64,000 nt of DNA from Candidatus Woesearchaeota archaeon (GCA_018303185.1 JAGVYR010000001.1:8461-72460); one strand, 5' to 3'; shown: positions 1 through 9,949, counted from the stretch's first letter. Program-made: numbers and translations. The notes: generated by a model not told the origin, from the sequence alone.

Positions 1-754
1 GCGATACTGTTATCCTTATCTGCACAGCCATTATTTTCCTCTTTTTCCCTGTGTTTATTGAAAATTCAATGAATTTTCAAATTCCGAAATATGCTCATTT
101 TTTCTTTCCTCTGTCCCTAGCGCATATTTCGTTATACTGAATTTAGGCTAAATTTTGCCTTTTTTATAGTTTTTGTGGCAATTTATATATAAATGTTTTG
201 ATTAAGCAGCAATTTAATTGTTTATTTATACATTAGAAATACTTTATATATACTTTATTTATGCTTTATTTTGTATAAAACTACTGCAATTTTACTTTAT
301 TTATGCTTTGTTTATGCTTGAGTTTGGATATTTTATCACTAAAAGGAGATTGGCGTATAACTGGAAGTTTCCCAAAATTTCAGATTTTTCTCTTGAATAT
401 CGAATTGAAGTCGGCAAAAACAACAATAATGGCGGCTGTCCTCCCTCGCTTCGCTCGGTCGTCGCTTGACACCCCGAAGGGATAATCTCACTTCGTTCGT
501 TAGTTCGAGCGAAGCTCAAACCAACCCCCGTCAAGCCAGCGCCATTGTTGTTTTTTGCTTTTACGCAGATTGCACTTCGTGCTTTCTGCATTTGCTGAAA
601 GAACTAAAGAAAAAAACTTCTCGCTAACGCTCGACCACGCTGCGCTCTCGCTTCGCTCGGGTCGGGAAACAGGAATTATACAGTTCGCTTCGGCTCGCCA
701 CTCTGTTCCCTTCGGCTGCCCAAGAATTCTTTATTTACTAAAGCCCCAGAAAAC

Positions 755-997
755 CTATTGCTCATCTTTGTGATATAGGGCAAGAATGTAAACAACATTT
801 TCCTCAAATTTATAAGATAATCTCCAGGGAGAAATATACAGTTCTCTGGTCCCTTTTCGGTCAAATCTCATCGGCTTCCCAATTTCTGGGTTATCCTTTA
901 TTTTAGAAACTTGCTTTATAATCTTCTCTTTAACGGATTTATCTTTAATCTTCTTGAAATCTTTCTTAAAATTAGGATCAAAAATTACTTCTACCAC
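755..997 (-). CDS. RelE/ParE-family type II toxin
   Basis: 80 aa. KKDFKKI...PMRFDRKGTRELYISPWRLSYKFEE...ILALYHKDE is a typical RelE/ParE/YoeB fold signature. The start overlaps the upstream antitoxin ORF by 7 nt. Confidence 0.7.
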   Translation of the reverse strand: MVEVIFDPNFKKDFKKIKDKSVKEKIIKQVSKIKDNPEIGKPMRFDRKGTRELYISPWRLSYKFEENVVYILALYHKDEQ

Positions 998-1257
998 TTT
1001 TTCATTTCATCTATAAAATCATCAAAATCCATCCTGATGCCCTTTCCTTCTTCAATTCTTTTCCACGCTTCACCAGTTTTTTTGGCAAATTCTAAATCCT
1101 CTTTTAGATTGCTGTCTAACTTGCTGGCTTTCTTCATGATTAACTGGCCTTCATTCTGGATTATCAAAAGTTTATCCCCTTCATTAATGCCTGCTCTCAT
1201 TTCAGTAGGTATGACAACCTGCCCTTTGGAACTCATTTTGGTTATAGCCACATTCAT
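991..1257 (-). CDS. AbrB/MazE (SpoVT-AbrB) family antitoxin
   Basis: 88 aa. SSKGQVVIPTEMRAGINEGDKLLI is a swapped-hairpin AbrB/MazE motif. It lies directly upstream of the RelE-like ORF and overlaps it. Confidence 0.65.
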   Translation of the reverse strand: MNVAITKMSSKGQVVIPTEMRAGINEGDKLLIIQNEGQLIMKKASKLDSNLKEDLEFAKKTGEAWKRIEEGKGIRMDFDDFIDEMKKW

Positions 1258-1766
1258 TTATATCACCTATGTAAGATTAATCTTACCCACTATATAAACT
1301 TTACGGTTTTCTGGGGCTTTGTATCTATTTTTTGTTGGGCAGCCTACGGTCACTCGCAACTTCGCCTTCGCTCTCCAAAATCCGCCATCATTTTCCAGCT
1401 CTCAAAATTTTTCGGGATGCCTTGAAAATTTTGGAGGGAAAATGCTCCCTAGCCTCCGCTCTGTATCTGGTCTGCCTGATTTGAGGGCACCCTAGGACTT
1501 CGCATAATTCCGATGTTAGCCAAAATTTTCTTACTGCCTAACAGGTTCACTACGTTCCCGAAAATCCTTAAAGTTAGTGCCTTCGTTAAATCGGCAAACG
1601 GAAAAACTTCGCTTATCCGACCAACGAAACGAATCGGAAATTCCTTGAACTTCCTTTAACATAGGATAAACTATTACGCTTCGCTTCATCCAAATTTTTT
1701 CCAACGAGAAAAGTTGGGGGCATACGACGAAAGTTTAATAAAGTTTAACCTTTTTATTTATCCTAT

Positions 1767-2294
1767 ATGGCAGAAAAAATAAAAAAAGCTTGGTATAAAA
1801 GGTGGTGGGCTATTACATTATGGATATTTCTTGGGACTACATTCTTAATTACTTTATTTGGCGACCCTGATACTGCTAAAAAACAAGCAGAATTGACTCG
1901 AATTGCTCAACAAGAAGCGAACAATCCTTCTATTGATTTAGAAATGAGTATGGGAAAAATATTTGATACATTTAGTGGACTATCAAAACTACAACAAGAA
2001 GAAAAAATGAAAGAATTTAAGGGTAAACGAATTAAGACTTCGATTTATGCTTCCAAAATAGACAAAGCTTCACTTTCTACACAATATGTAGTTTTGGAGA
2101 TGTATGAATATCCATATAATTTATTTCCCCACGCTAAAGCTTTTTTCCCAAGTGAAGAAAAAGATAATTTATTGAAGGCAAATATCGGGGATACAATAAT
2201 TTTTTCTGGAGAATTTGTAAGTTATCGCGAAGGAAGTTCAACAAGTACTGTAGAATTTACTAACTCAAGATTTATAGGCATTAAAAAGGAATGA
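1767..2294 (+). CDS. hypothetical protein with N-terminal TM helix (AT-rich cassette gene 1)
   Basis: 175-aa ORF. The region is very AT-rich compared with its flanks. An archaeal-type TTTAATAA box lies about 27 nt upstream of the ATG. The stop overlaps the next ORF (ATGA). Confidence 0.55.
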   Translation: MAEKIKKAWYKRWWAITLWIFLGTTFLITLFGDPDTAKKQAELTRIAQQEANNPSIDLEMSMGKIFDTFSGLSKLQQEEKMKEFKGKRIKTSIYASKIDKASLSTQYVVLEMYEYPYNLFPHAKAFFPSEEKDNLLKANIGDTIIFSGEFVSYREGSSTSTVEFTNSRFIGIKKE

Positions 2295-3199
2295 ATCAAT
2301 TAAATATGGATATTACTTCAACTTTTTCTAAAGAGGAAATATTAAATATGTTTCTTACTTTTTATGATACGGATTGGTGGATAAACAAAACCAGAACTTT
2401 ACAACTATTAATAGAGGACGGGGAATTATTAACTAAAATAAATCAAGATAAAATATTAATGAAATTTGATAAAGAAAAACTGAAGCGTTCTTATCAATAT
2501 GAGTTACATATGACTTCTTACCACAGTTCAGAAGCTTTATTCGGTTTGTTATTTGCTTTTTTATTTGAAAAAGATACTCCTTGGGTGTACCTTACAGAAT
2601 ATCGCTTTGAGAATTTTAATAAATTAGTGGAGGGCATTAAGAATAAAGGTCTTGGAAGCATAATGAAAGAAGAAGAAATATCTAAGTTTATTCAATGGTT
2701 ATTTTTTGCTGGAGTTACGAAAAAAGAGTTTGATGACTATGAAAAAATTGAAAATAGTATAGAATTTGTTAATAAATACTTAAAATCATTGGCAGCCACA
2801 TTAAGTGATAAAAAAGATTACAATTCATACAAACATGGTTTTCGAGGTCTTCCAATAAGGTCCGCTATAACAATTCAAAAACAACAAGTAAATGTGCCAC
2901 CATTGGAAAGTTCTGGCGAAGCTTGTTTGTATCTCGATTTTGACTTTGAAAATAACAATGGAAGTAAGAAAAAAAGATTAAAAATTGTTACAAAAATTTA
3001 TTCTTACAAAACAGCATTGAACATAATAATAACAAATACGCAATTGATTAAGAATATTATAGAAGTACGAAAACAAATGATTATCGATAAAAATAATCAG
3101 ATAACTTTTGGCTTATTCCATGATAAAAAAGTCAAAGATATTTTTCATACGGAACTTAAAGATAAGCCATATCACATATCAAAATTCCAAATAAAATAA
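2291..3199 (+). CDS. hypothetical protein (AT-rich cassette gene 2)
   Basis: 302-aa ORF with a 4-nt overlap with the upstream gene. No motif I recognise. Base composition matches gene 1. Confidence 0.55.
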   Translation: MNQLNMDITSTFSKEEILNMFLTFYDTDWWINKTRTLQLLIEDGELLTKINQDKILMKFDKEKLKRSYQYELHMTSYHSSEALFGLLFAFLFEKDTPWVYLTEYRFENFNKLVEGIKNKGLGSIMKEEEISKFIQWLFFAGVTKKEFDDYEKIENSIEFVNKYLKSLAATLSDKKDYNSYKHGFRGLPIRSAITIQKQQVNVPPLESSGEACLYLDFDFENNNGSKKKRLKIVTKIYSYKTALNIIITNTQLIKNIIEVRKQMIIDKNNQITFGLFHDKKVKDIFHTELKDKPYHISKFQIK

Positions 3200-3451
3200 T
3201 CTACTGCCCCCAACTTTTCAGTCCTTCGGACATTTACCTGCTTCGCAGTAATTTATGCAATTCGGTGACAATCTTAAGAAAATAATAAAAAACGGCTGTC
3301 CCGCCGTCCCAGAGTTCACTTTAGCTCAAAATTTTTGCTTCGCAAAGTTGCACTAAAATTTTGTCCTTGCGGAGAGTTTAACAGCGATTAAGGAAATATT
3401 ACTCAGAAAAAATCAGGCTATACCGATATGTTAATTGCTCAATAACTATCT

Positions 3452-3697
3452 ATGGATATAACTGGAATTATTTGGGCTGTAATTCTTTATATGATGGCAA
3501 CATATCTTATTCTCTTTACCAATAAAGTAAATCTGTTTAAGGCAAATATAGACAATAGAACGGCTAAATTTTTGGGAATAAGATATAGGAAAGTAAATGA
3601 AAATATTGTAAAGACATACGATACCATTACAACAGGGGTTGCAGGGTTAAAAATTGCGATTTTAGCTTCAAAAATACTTTATTGGCCCATACATTGA
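3452..3697 (+). CDS. small hypothetical membrane protein
   Basis: 81-aa ORF with two hydrophobic stretches, inside the AT-rich island. Confidence 0.3.
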   Translation: MDITGIIWAVILYMMATYLILFTNKVNLFKANIDNRTAKFLGIRYRKVNENIVKTYDTITTGVAGLKIAILASKILYWPIH

Positions 3698-3791
3698 ACG
3701 CCAGATTTTTTCTTCCGCCATACTTCCCCTCGCCTTCGGCTCGGCCGCTTAACACCGCTATCTCTAATTCCAGAACTCGCCTCTTTTCATT

Positions 3792-5186
3792 TTACCTTTC
3801 GTAAACCTTAACATTATTTGTAAATCCGCTAACTTGCGATGCTGTCTTTCCAGGAAAAGCTTCGAATTTTATTTTTCTGCCTTCCAGCATCTGCACCAAT
3901 GCTACACCATTAACCTGTCCATCATGCGTGTACGCTTTGGAGATTTTGGCAAAATTCCATCCGTCCCAATTTTCATTTTTATCTGTCAGGTAGCCATACG
4001 GGACAAGCTCATATTTTATTATGCCATCCGTGGCATCAGCATCTTTTGGATCTGGCGCATTGCCTTTGACTGCAAACTGTTTTGCATCCCCTGCATAATC
4101 ACCCATGGAGACAATGATTAAAGCAGGATCTAATCCGTCATATGCAAAGGCAAGGTGTGTACTCCAATAGCCGGGCATGCGCTGGTATTCGGTCTTGCCA
4201 AAATAGCCGTTGGTATTTTCTTCAAACCAATTGCCCACTAATTTCCCGTCAATATCATAATCAATTTTCCCGCCGCGGGGCTCTTTTTGGCGAATGTTTC
4301 TGCCCAAGAGCTGTGTTCGTATGGGCTCAGCAAAATAATCGAACATATCGGCGTTGTGGAGTTTCCATGGCTCAGCAATGTAAGTCTCAGGAACAATGAA
4401 TCCGGAAAGGGTTATCCCATCATTATGTACAGAAAAATCAAACCCTGGCGCTTTTCCTATGGCTTCTCCTGCTTCAACTGCTGCAGTGTTATGTGTATCG
4501 GCAATGGCCTGTAATTTTTCTGATAATTGGTTGACATGGATATAAATGGTATAAAATGAGCAAGTGTGGTGGATAACGAGCCGATAATCGCCAATGCTGC
4601 TGGAGGAATATTCCTGCGGCATGCTCTGAACACTGGTTACAATTCCTGATGCTGGCGCTATAATGTCGCGGAATTTTGCCGTATCTTCCCTGTTGCTGGG
4701 AAAAAGCCATCCTTTTGCGTAATAATAACCATGGTCGATAGGCGTTACATGGCCGCCAATCATTAATCCTATTGGCTCGATGAGTTCAATGTCCTCAATA
4801 CGCATGGGCGGTGAGGTAAAAGTAATAGCCCCTTCGCCAGTGCATCCGCTATTCTCCTGCGGGCCAAAATCTTCTGCTTCAGGGTTTGGGGGAAAAATAA
4901 TCCGGCAGAGTTCAATTTCTTTTCCTCGGCAATACGATTCGCACCGTCCATGGTTATTCTGGCAGAAAGATTTGCATTCTTCTTCGTTAGGGCAGAGAGT
5001 TCCTAATCCTTTATCTCGTGCATTCTCCGGGGTTACTGCACCGGGTTGATAGGCATTTTTATTATTTTGGTTAATGGTTTCGTCCGATCTCTCAGGCTCA
5101 AAACTTTCTTGTTGAGCGCATCCACTTATGAAAATAACTAAAAAGACAGGCAATAGCAGTACCAAATAACCTCTTCTTAACCTCAT
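3792..5186 (-). CDS. secreted lipoprotein, Cys-rich N-terminal module, unknown function
   Basis: The long ORF runs to 5342, but the likely start is the Met at 5186 (MRLRRGYLVLLLPVFLVIFISGCAQQ, a signal peptide with a lipobox). A CxxxC-rich stretch follows. Confidence 0.6.
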   Translation of the reverse strand: MRLRRGYLVLLLPVFLVIFISGCAQQESFEPERSDETINQNNKNAYQPGAVTPENARDKGLGTLCPNEEECKSFCQNNHGRCESYCRGKEIELCRIIFPPNPEAEDFGPQENSGCTGEGAITFTSPPMRIEDIELIEPIGLMIGGHVTPIDHGYYYAKGWLFPSNREDTAKFRDIIAPASGIVTSVQSMPQEYSSSSIGDYRLVIHHTCSFYTIYIHVNQLSEKLQAIADTHNTAAVEAGEAIGKAPGFDFSVHNDGITLSGFIVPETYIAEPWKLHNADMFDYFAEPIRTQLLGRNIRQKEPRGGKIDYDIDGKLVGNWFEENTNGYFGKTEYQRMPGYWSTHLAFAYDGLDPALIIVSMGDYAGDAKQFAVKGNAPDPKDADATDGIIKYELVPYGYLTDKNENWDGWNFAKISKAYTHDGQVNGVALVQMLEGRKIKFEAFPGKTASQVSGFTNNVKVYER

Positions 5187-5214
5187 GGTATAATCTCTCT
5201 TCTCATTGTATAAT

Positions 5215-5356
5215 AAACTTTCGGCGGCCTTTGGAACTCTGCGGTGCTCACTTCGTTCGGGGCAGATAACAGGCATGCCATATGTTAAACTCAATAACAA
5301 AAACCGCACTAATCCCCGGGCGAAAGCCGCTAACCCTGGCAAAGCGAGATTCGGGA
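5215..5356 (-). repeat. degenerate copy of MITE-like repeat family A
   Basis: It shares ...gctcacttcgttcgg... and ggcaaagcgagattcgggacaaagcc with the copies at 9281-9426, 20606-20811 and 27886-28041. Confidence 0.4.
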
Positions 5357-5435
5357 CAAAGCCTATTTTCCAAAAATATTATAAACCCGAATGTTACTGC
5401 AAAGCCAGCCGAATAAAAAATTAAGGTGATAAAGC

Positions 5436-5816
5436 ATGAAGCCAAAGACACTTAAAGTCCTATATTGGGCAGTAACCATCCTGTTCGCAGTTTTCATGCT
5501 TTTCTCGGGCATTGCCGAGCTGATGCAGACACAGCAGTCAATAGACGTGCTCGCGCAATTGGGCTACCCTGCCTATCTCAACATAATACTCGGAGTTGCA
5601 AAAGTGCTTGGCGTCATAGCAATACTCCAGAGAACCTATCCTACACTGAAAGAATGGGCTTATGCCGGCTTCACGATTGATTTCATAGGCGCAGGCACTT
5701 CATTATACTTTGCGGACCAAGGCATATTGATGGCTTCCTCGGTATTGATATTCCTTGCAGTGATGTTCACATCCTACTTCCTCGGGAAGAAAGTGGATGC
5801 CATGAAAGGCAGATGA
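5436..5816 (+). CDS. DoxX-family membrane protein
   Basis: 126 aa with four TM helices and a DoxX-like layout. A GGTGAT Shine-Dalgarno-like motif lies 7 nt upstream. Confidence 0.7.
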   Translation: MKPKTLKVLYWAVTILFAVFMLFSGIAELMQTQQSIDVLAQLGYPAYLNIILGVAKVLGVIAILQRTYPTLKEWAYAGFTIDFIGAGTSLYFADQGILMASSVLIFLAVMFTSYFLGKKVDAMKGR

Positions 5817-6326
5817 TTGGATTTCATTTTTTATTATATTTTCATTAATCACACTATTGTAAGAATCCAAAAAACAATGGATGAAAAAAACCTATCCTAC
5901 TCCCACACCCAGATAGGGCATCTGATGATATTCGTGCTTGCGGCAGTAGCAGCCCTTTACGCCTTTATTCTTTCAAAAGCGGGCTTCAATCCTGCAATTC
6001 TCGGGATAATGGCACTCATACTGCTCATCCTCGCCTCTTTCACAACTTTGAAAGCTGAAATCGGCCAAACCCATCTGAAGATAAAGTTCGGCTACGGCAT
6101 TTTCAGGAAAAAATTTCCCTTAAAGGAGATAGCCTCTGCAAAAGCAGTGAAAAACCGCTGGTATTTCGGCTGGGGAATAAGGTACTGGCTCTTCCCAAAG
6201 ATGTGGGTATTCAACGTCTCGGGATTTGATGCTGTTGAAATAAAGATGAGAAACAGCAGAATCTACAGGATAGGCACTGACGACCAGAAGAATCTTGAGG
6301 CAGCATTAGTGCAGGCGATGAAATAG
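5817..6326 (+). CDS. hypothetical membrane protein
   Basis: ORF with two or three TM helices. The true start may be the internal Met near 5877. Confidence 0.45.
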   Translation: MDFIFYYIFINHTIVRIQKTMDEKNLSYSHTQIGHLMIFVLAAVAALYAFILSKAGFNPAILGIMALILLILASFTTLKAEIGQTHLKIKFGYGIFRKKFPLKEIASAKAVKNRWYFGWGIRYWLFPKMWVFNVSGFDAVEIKMRNSRIYRIGTDDQKNLEAALVQAMK

Positions 6327-6530
6327 CTAGACATCCACCTTATAATCCCCAAGGCTTTCAATCTCTTTCTTCAATGCCTTTAAGTCTGCATTATCATGCT
6401 CAACCACTGCCTTTCCCGCCTTCAAATCCACTTTGCAGCTCTTCACGCCCTTTATGTCACTGCATGCATCCTCTATCAGTGCCTTGCACGAAGCGCAGTG
6501 CATCCCCTTGACTGATATTGTCGTTTTCAT
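6327..6530 (-). CDS. copZ: copper chaperone, HMA domain (CopZ-like)
   Basis: 67 aa with a GMHCASC metal-binding motif and an HMA-fold-length protein. Confidence 0.85.
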   Translation of the reverse strand: MKTTISVKGMHCASCKALIEDACSDIKGVKSCKVDLKAGKAVVEHDNADLKALKKEIESLGDYKVDV

Positions 6531-6542
6531 GTTTTCACCTTT

Positions 6543-7991
6543 TCATGCTATGATTTTGAATGTCCCGGGCCCTGCCATGCCCATTGAGCAGCTGAACATT
6601 ATATTCCCTGTTTGCTGCGGCGTAAATTTTATTGTCTTTACACCATAAGGAAGCCGCTCAAGTATCTTTAAGGCAGGCACACTTATCACTTTTGCACAGC
6701 CCTGCGCATTTCTTCCGTCAATATTCCACTCAACAGGAATGCCTTTTTTCACAGTAAACGATGAGGGGTAATAATCAAGGCCCCGCACTTCCATGTTCAG
6801 CACCTGCTTCTCTACAGGATCATACATGCCGCTTGTCGGAAGGGAGTATACATTCGTATTGGAAGGGAAAGAAGCCCCTACAAGAGTTATTCCCGGCATT
6901 ATATTGAAAATGCCCAATATGATAACCAGAACTGCAGAAAATGTCATGAAATGCCTCTGCACATTCCCTTTCACAAAGCTTGAGAATGCGCCTATGCCCG
7001 CAAGCGATGGCAGCGTTCCAAGTGAAAAGGCCAGCATGGTCAAAGCCCCTGCAGTAAAGCTTCCGCTCCCCAAAACATAGAGCTGCAGGGCCTGTGTGAA
7101 GCCGCACGGCAAAAAGAAGGTTGATGCCCCAAAAAAGAAAGAAGCTTTGTGGCTCCCTTCCTTATGGCCCGCGTCATAAATCCTGTGCGCTATGAATTTA
7201 GGCATTTTTACATGTATTCTGCTGAGGAAAGGAAATATGTGAAGCAGCTGTATTCCCATGAGCACCATGAGCACGCTTGCTGCCAATGTAATTATTCCAT
7301 GGGCTTTTGCAGAGAGCATGAACACAGATCCTATAAGGCCGACCATTCCGCCTAAAAGAGTGTATGAAACAATCCTCCCGATATTGAAGTATATGTGCGG
7401 CCTGAATCTCTGCCAGCCTTCAAGATTAGGGTGCCTTTCATTATATTTGGCAGCAACGGCAAGCAGCAATCCGCCGGAAACAGCAAGGCATGTTGAAGCC
7501 GAAGCGACAAGCCCAATCAAAAAGATGAAGCCGTAGCTCATATTGTCTGTCACGCCAATGTCGTTGAAAGAAAAATCAAAATGCTTTAAAATAAGGTATG
7601 CTGCGAGTATGATTACAAGCACTGCCCCTATTTCCGCATATTTTTTTTTGTCTAAAGATATTATTGAGCTTTTTATTATTTTATTTTTTATTGGATTTTT
7701 TTCATCTATTTGGCTGTTGTTATTTCTCTCTATGCTGTTGCTTTGATTTTGGTTGCCTTCTTTATTGCTGTTTGGATCATACTTTTCTTCATATGAAAGA
7801 GTGTACTGCTCCGGCAGCTCCTTCTGCAGCAGCTCAAGGCTCACATCATCATTGCAGTCTACAATAACCTCCTCTCTAGCCCTATGGACGCGCGCAGAAT
7901 GCACCCCCTTTGCCTTGCGCAGATTCCTTTCGACAAGCACTTCGCATGCGCTGCAGGTCATTCCTTTTACTTTTAGATTAAGTTTTTTCAT
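6543..7991 (-). CDS. HMA-domain membrane protein with a DsbD/CcdA-like Cys-containing TM core and a C-terminal soluble beta domain
   Basis: N-terminal HMA domain (GMTCSAC) after a probable start at MKKLNLKVKG. There is a low-complexity N/S/Q linker, then six or more TM helices with conserved Cys (ASASTCLAVSGG, FLPCGF). The C-terminal roughly 100-aa domain (YYPSSF...GCAKV...FSCSMGM) could be cupredoxin-like. Confidence 0.65.
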   Translation of the reverse strand: MKKLNLKVKGMTCSACEVLVERNLRKAKGVHSARVHRAREEVIVDCNDDVSLELLQKELPEQYTLSYEEKYDPNSNKEGNQNQSNSIERNNNSQIDEKNPIKNKIIKSSIISLDKKKYAEIGAVLVIILAAYLILKHFDFSFNDIGVTDNMSYGFIFLIGLVASASTCLAVSGGLLLAVAAKYNERHPNLEGWQRFRPHIYFNIGRIVSYTLLGGMVGLIGSVFMLSAKAHGIITLAASVLMVLMGIQLLHIFPFLSRIHVKMPKFIAHRIYDAGHKEGSHKASFFFGASTFFLPCGFTQALQLYVLGSGSFTAGALTMLAFSLGTLPSLAGIGAFSSFVKGNVQRHFMTFSAVLVIILGIFNIMPGITLVGASFPSNTNVYSLPTSGMYDPVEKQVLNMEVRGLDYYPSSFTVKKGIPVEWNIDGRNAQGCAKVISVPALKILERLPYGVKTIKFTPQQTGNIMFSCSMGMAGPGTFKIIA

Positions 7992-8093
7992 TTTGTTGAT
8001 TTTTGCATTTCTTTTTTGTTTGTATATCACTTTATTTTTTATGATATTGCGTGCCGGTTTAGGGCCATTTCTGCAATAGCATTTTTTAAGGTG

Positions 8094-8294
8094 CTATTGG
8101 CCTTTACTGTGCATTCCGAAAAGGTCGTGAAGCCAGCAATACCCAAAAAAACTTTCAAAGAGCGCAATCCAGGCAACTATTATTATAGCCCAATCCAAAA
8201 GTGCGATATCAAATCTCAAAGGCCATGGCCCAAGCCACCAAAATGCCAGCGCAAACCGCAAAATCCTGTCTGTCCTGCCCAAATTTTGTTTCAT
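8094..8294 (-). CDS. DUF2892/YgaP-like small membrane protein
   Basis: 66 aa with an RILRFALAFWW...G pattern and two TM helices. Confidence 0.45.
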   Translation of the reverse strand: MKQNLGRTDRILRFALAFWWLGPWPLRFDIALLDWAIIIVAWIALFESFFGYCWLHDLFGMHSKGQ

Positions 8295-8339
8295 TTTTAC
8301 GCCTCCTCACTCCTTAATCTGCCCCCATCGGCTCAAATT

Positions 8340-8807
8340 TTAAGCCCATTCAAACACCCTTTCCTCAACAGCAGGGATGCCTTGCATGGTTATTCTAAAA
8401 GTATCGGGTTTTTCATCCAAATTAAAAACTATGATTCCTGAGCTATGATGGCCGCTCATTTGGGTTGCGGATGTGGGAGCAAAAGCTTTTCCGCCATAGC
8501 TGAGAGTTGTTATTTCTGAAAGGTCAAACTGGCTCAATTCCACGGAATGGGTGTTTGCGGCCAAATTGACTGTAAAAATGCCGTTTTCAAAACCCAAAGG
8601 AGTAAGCTCTATCGCAACATCCCCTGTTCCGGCATTGCCTGTGCTTATCGGCCTGTAGCCGGATGAAGATGAAACAGGGAGATTCAAAGGAGAAGCAGGC
8701 TGCTGATTATTGCTGCTGGTAAAAAGCCCTGCAACCGTGTAGATAAGCACCGCGGCAACAATTGCCAGAAGGGCATACATAATGTATTTTTCATAGTCTT
8801 TTTTCAT
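8340..8807 (-). CDS. hypothetical membrane-anchored extracytoplasmic protein
   Basis: 155 aa with an N-terminal TM anchor and a Ser/Thr-rich linker. Confidence 0.5.
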   Translation of the reverse strand: MKKDYEKYIMYALLAIVAAVLIYTVAGLFTSSNNQQPASPLNLPVSSSSGYRPISTGNAGTGDVAIELTPLGFENGIFTVNLAANTHSVELSQFDLSEITTLSYGGKAFAPTSATQMSGHHSSGIIVFNLDEKPDTFRITMQGIPAVEERVFEWA

Positions 8808-8808
8808 T

Positions 8809-9240
8809 TTATTTTCTCCTTTTTTTCATTTCACTTTTTTTCCTGCTTATTCTTTCCTTAATGAGCAGATAAATGCCTGCAGCCGCTATAACCCCGCCTG
8901 TTAAAAGGAAGTATTTTGAAAACTGCTGCACCTGCTGGAATGGCACCCCTGCAACAATAAGCCCTGAATTTATAATTATGAGGTTCCTTGAGATGCACAT
9001 TTTTTTCAGGTAGATTAGTACTGTTGCGATTAACAGCACCAGGGCGATAGTCCAGGCAGGCAATGCTATTTTCGTCAAAAAAAGAAGCGGCATTCCAGCA
9101 ACAGTTATCCCTACAAGGCTCAATGCCGAAATGATTCCAAGGCATACGCTGTGGCACACCTGCCACGACCCCAGTATGCTTGCAGCTCCCGAGACACTTC
9201 CTGTCGCTCCAATAGCCCTTTCTCTCAGGTTTTTTGCCAT
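8809..9240 (-). CDS. hypothetical membrane protein with CHSVC motif
   Basis: 143 aa with four TM helices, a CxxxC in TM1 and a basic C-terminus. Confidence 0.45.
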   Translation of the reverse strand: MAKNLRERAIGATGSVSGAASILGSWQVCHSVCLGIISALSLVGITVAGMPLLFLTKIALPAWTIALVLLIATVLIYLKKMCISRNLIIINSGLIVAGVPFQQVQQFSKYFLLTGGVIAAAGIYLLIKERISRKKSEMKKRRK

Positions 9241-9280
9241 TTTTCAGTGTATTTTATTTAACTTATTTCAGGCTTTGTCA

Positions 9281-9426
9281 TAAATAAAGGCAGTGCCGAT
9301 TTGCGAGCCTTGTTTATAGCTCACCAAGCATGACAGGGGACGCTCCATCCGGGATGTCATGCCCGTGAAAAGCTCCTTCAGGCGAGCAGGCACTGCCCGA
9401 GCGAAGCGAGATTTGTGACAAAGCCT
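9281..9426 (-). repeat. MITE-like repeat family A copy (reverse orientation)
   Basis: Its reverse complement aligns along its length with the 20606-20811 copy (gtgcctgctcgcct...cttttcac...catccc...gctcgcaaatcggcac). The terminal inverted repeats are degenerate. Confidence 0.5.
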
Positions 9427-9496
9427 CATCTCAAAAAATAAAAAAATCAAAATAAAATGCTAGCAGCATCCTTTGCCTTTTCCCTTTGCCATTTTT

Positions 9497-9643
9497 TGCG
9501 CCTCCTTTATTGCTTTATTTCCCCGACTGAATTTTTTGTAATCCCGATGTTGCAGCTCTTATGCCCTTTGCACCATGCTTCGCATTTCTCCGCCAGCTCT
9601 TTCTCTTTGTATGCAAAACTGCATTCCCCGCATACATAAATCT
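9497..9643 (-). CDS. small Cys-rich (CxxC...C...C/H) putative metal-binding protein, 48 aa
   Basis: Not in the ORF track (<60 aa). I translated it by hand as MVAQIYVCGECSFAYKEKELAEKCEAWCKGHKSCNIGITKNSVGEIKQ. It lies within the metal island. Confidence 0.4.
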
Positions 9644-9664
9644 GAGCAACCATTTTTCTCTCGA

Positions 9665-9949
9665 CTATCTAAGTTCTTTCTTTATTTCCTCATACTCATT
9701 TTTTGATATTTTTCCCGAAGCATACCTTTTCTTCAAAATTTCAAGTGCATCATCCTTTCTTCCTGATGCAGCATTTAATAGGGTTATTGCCAGCCAGATT
9801 ATAATGCCCCAGAACAGTATCATGAACAGCCACCCGAATCCAAAGCCAAAACCCATCATTCCATAGCTTCCCATTCCAAAGCCGCCAAACAGCAGCAAAA
9901 GCAATACGGCTATAACAATCCAAAGCAATGTATTTTTGTTTTGTTCCAT
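9665..9949 (-). CDS. SHOCT-domain membrane protein
   Basis: The C-terminal LKKRYASGKISKNEYEEIKKEL is the SHOCT signature. The N-terminal region is a Gly/Phe/Met-rich TM segment. Confidence 0.65.
   Translation of the reverse strand: MEQNKNTLLWIVIAVLLLLLFGGFGMGSYGMMGFGFGFGWLFMILFWGIIIWLAITLLNAASGRKDDALEILKKRYASGKISKNEYEEIKKELR

Noticed and set aside
218-773. Small ORFs in the first 800 bp
   Set aside because: The region is made of intergenic repeat fragments (aataatggcggctgtc..., aatctcacttcgttcgttagttcgag...). The ORFs are overlapping, low-complexity and lack any start context.
9457-9866. Plus-strand ORFs of 60 and 101 aa
   Set aside because: They overlap the better-supported minus-strand SHOCT gene and the small Cys-rich ORF. 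Their composition is Phe/Leu/Ser-rich, as expected for an antisense shadow.
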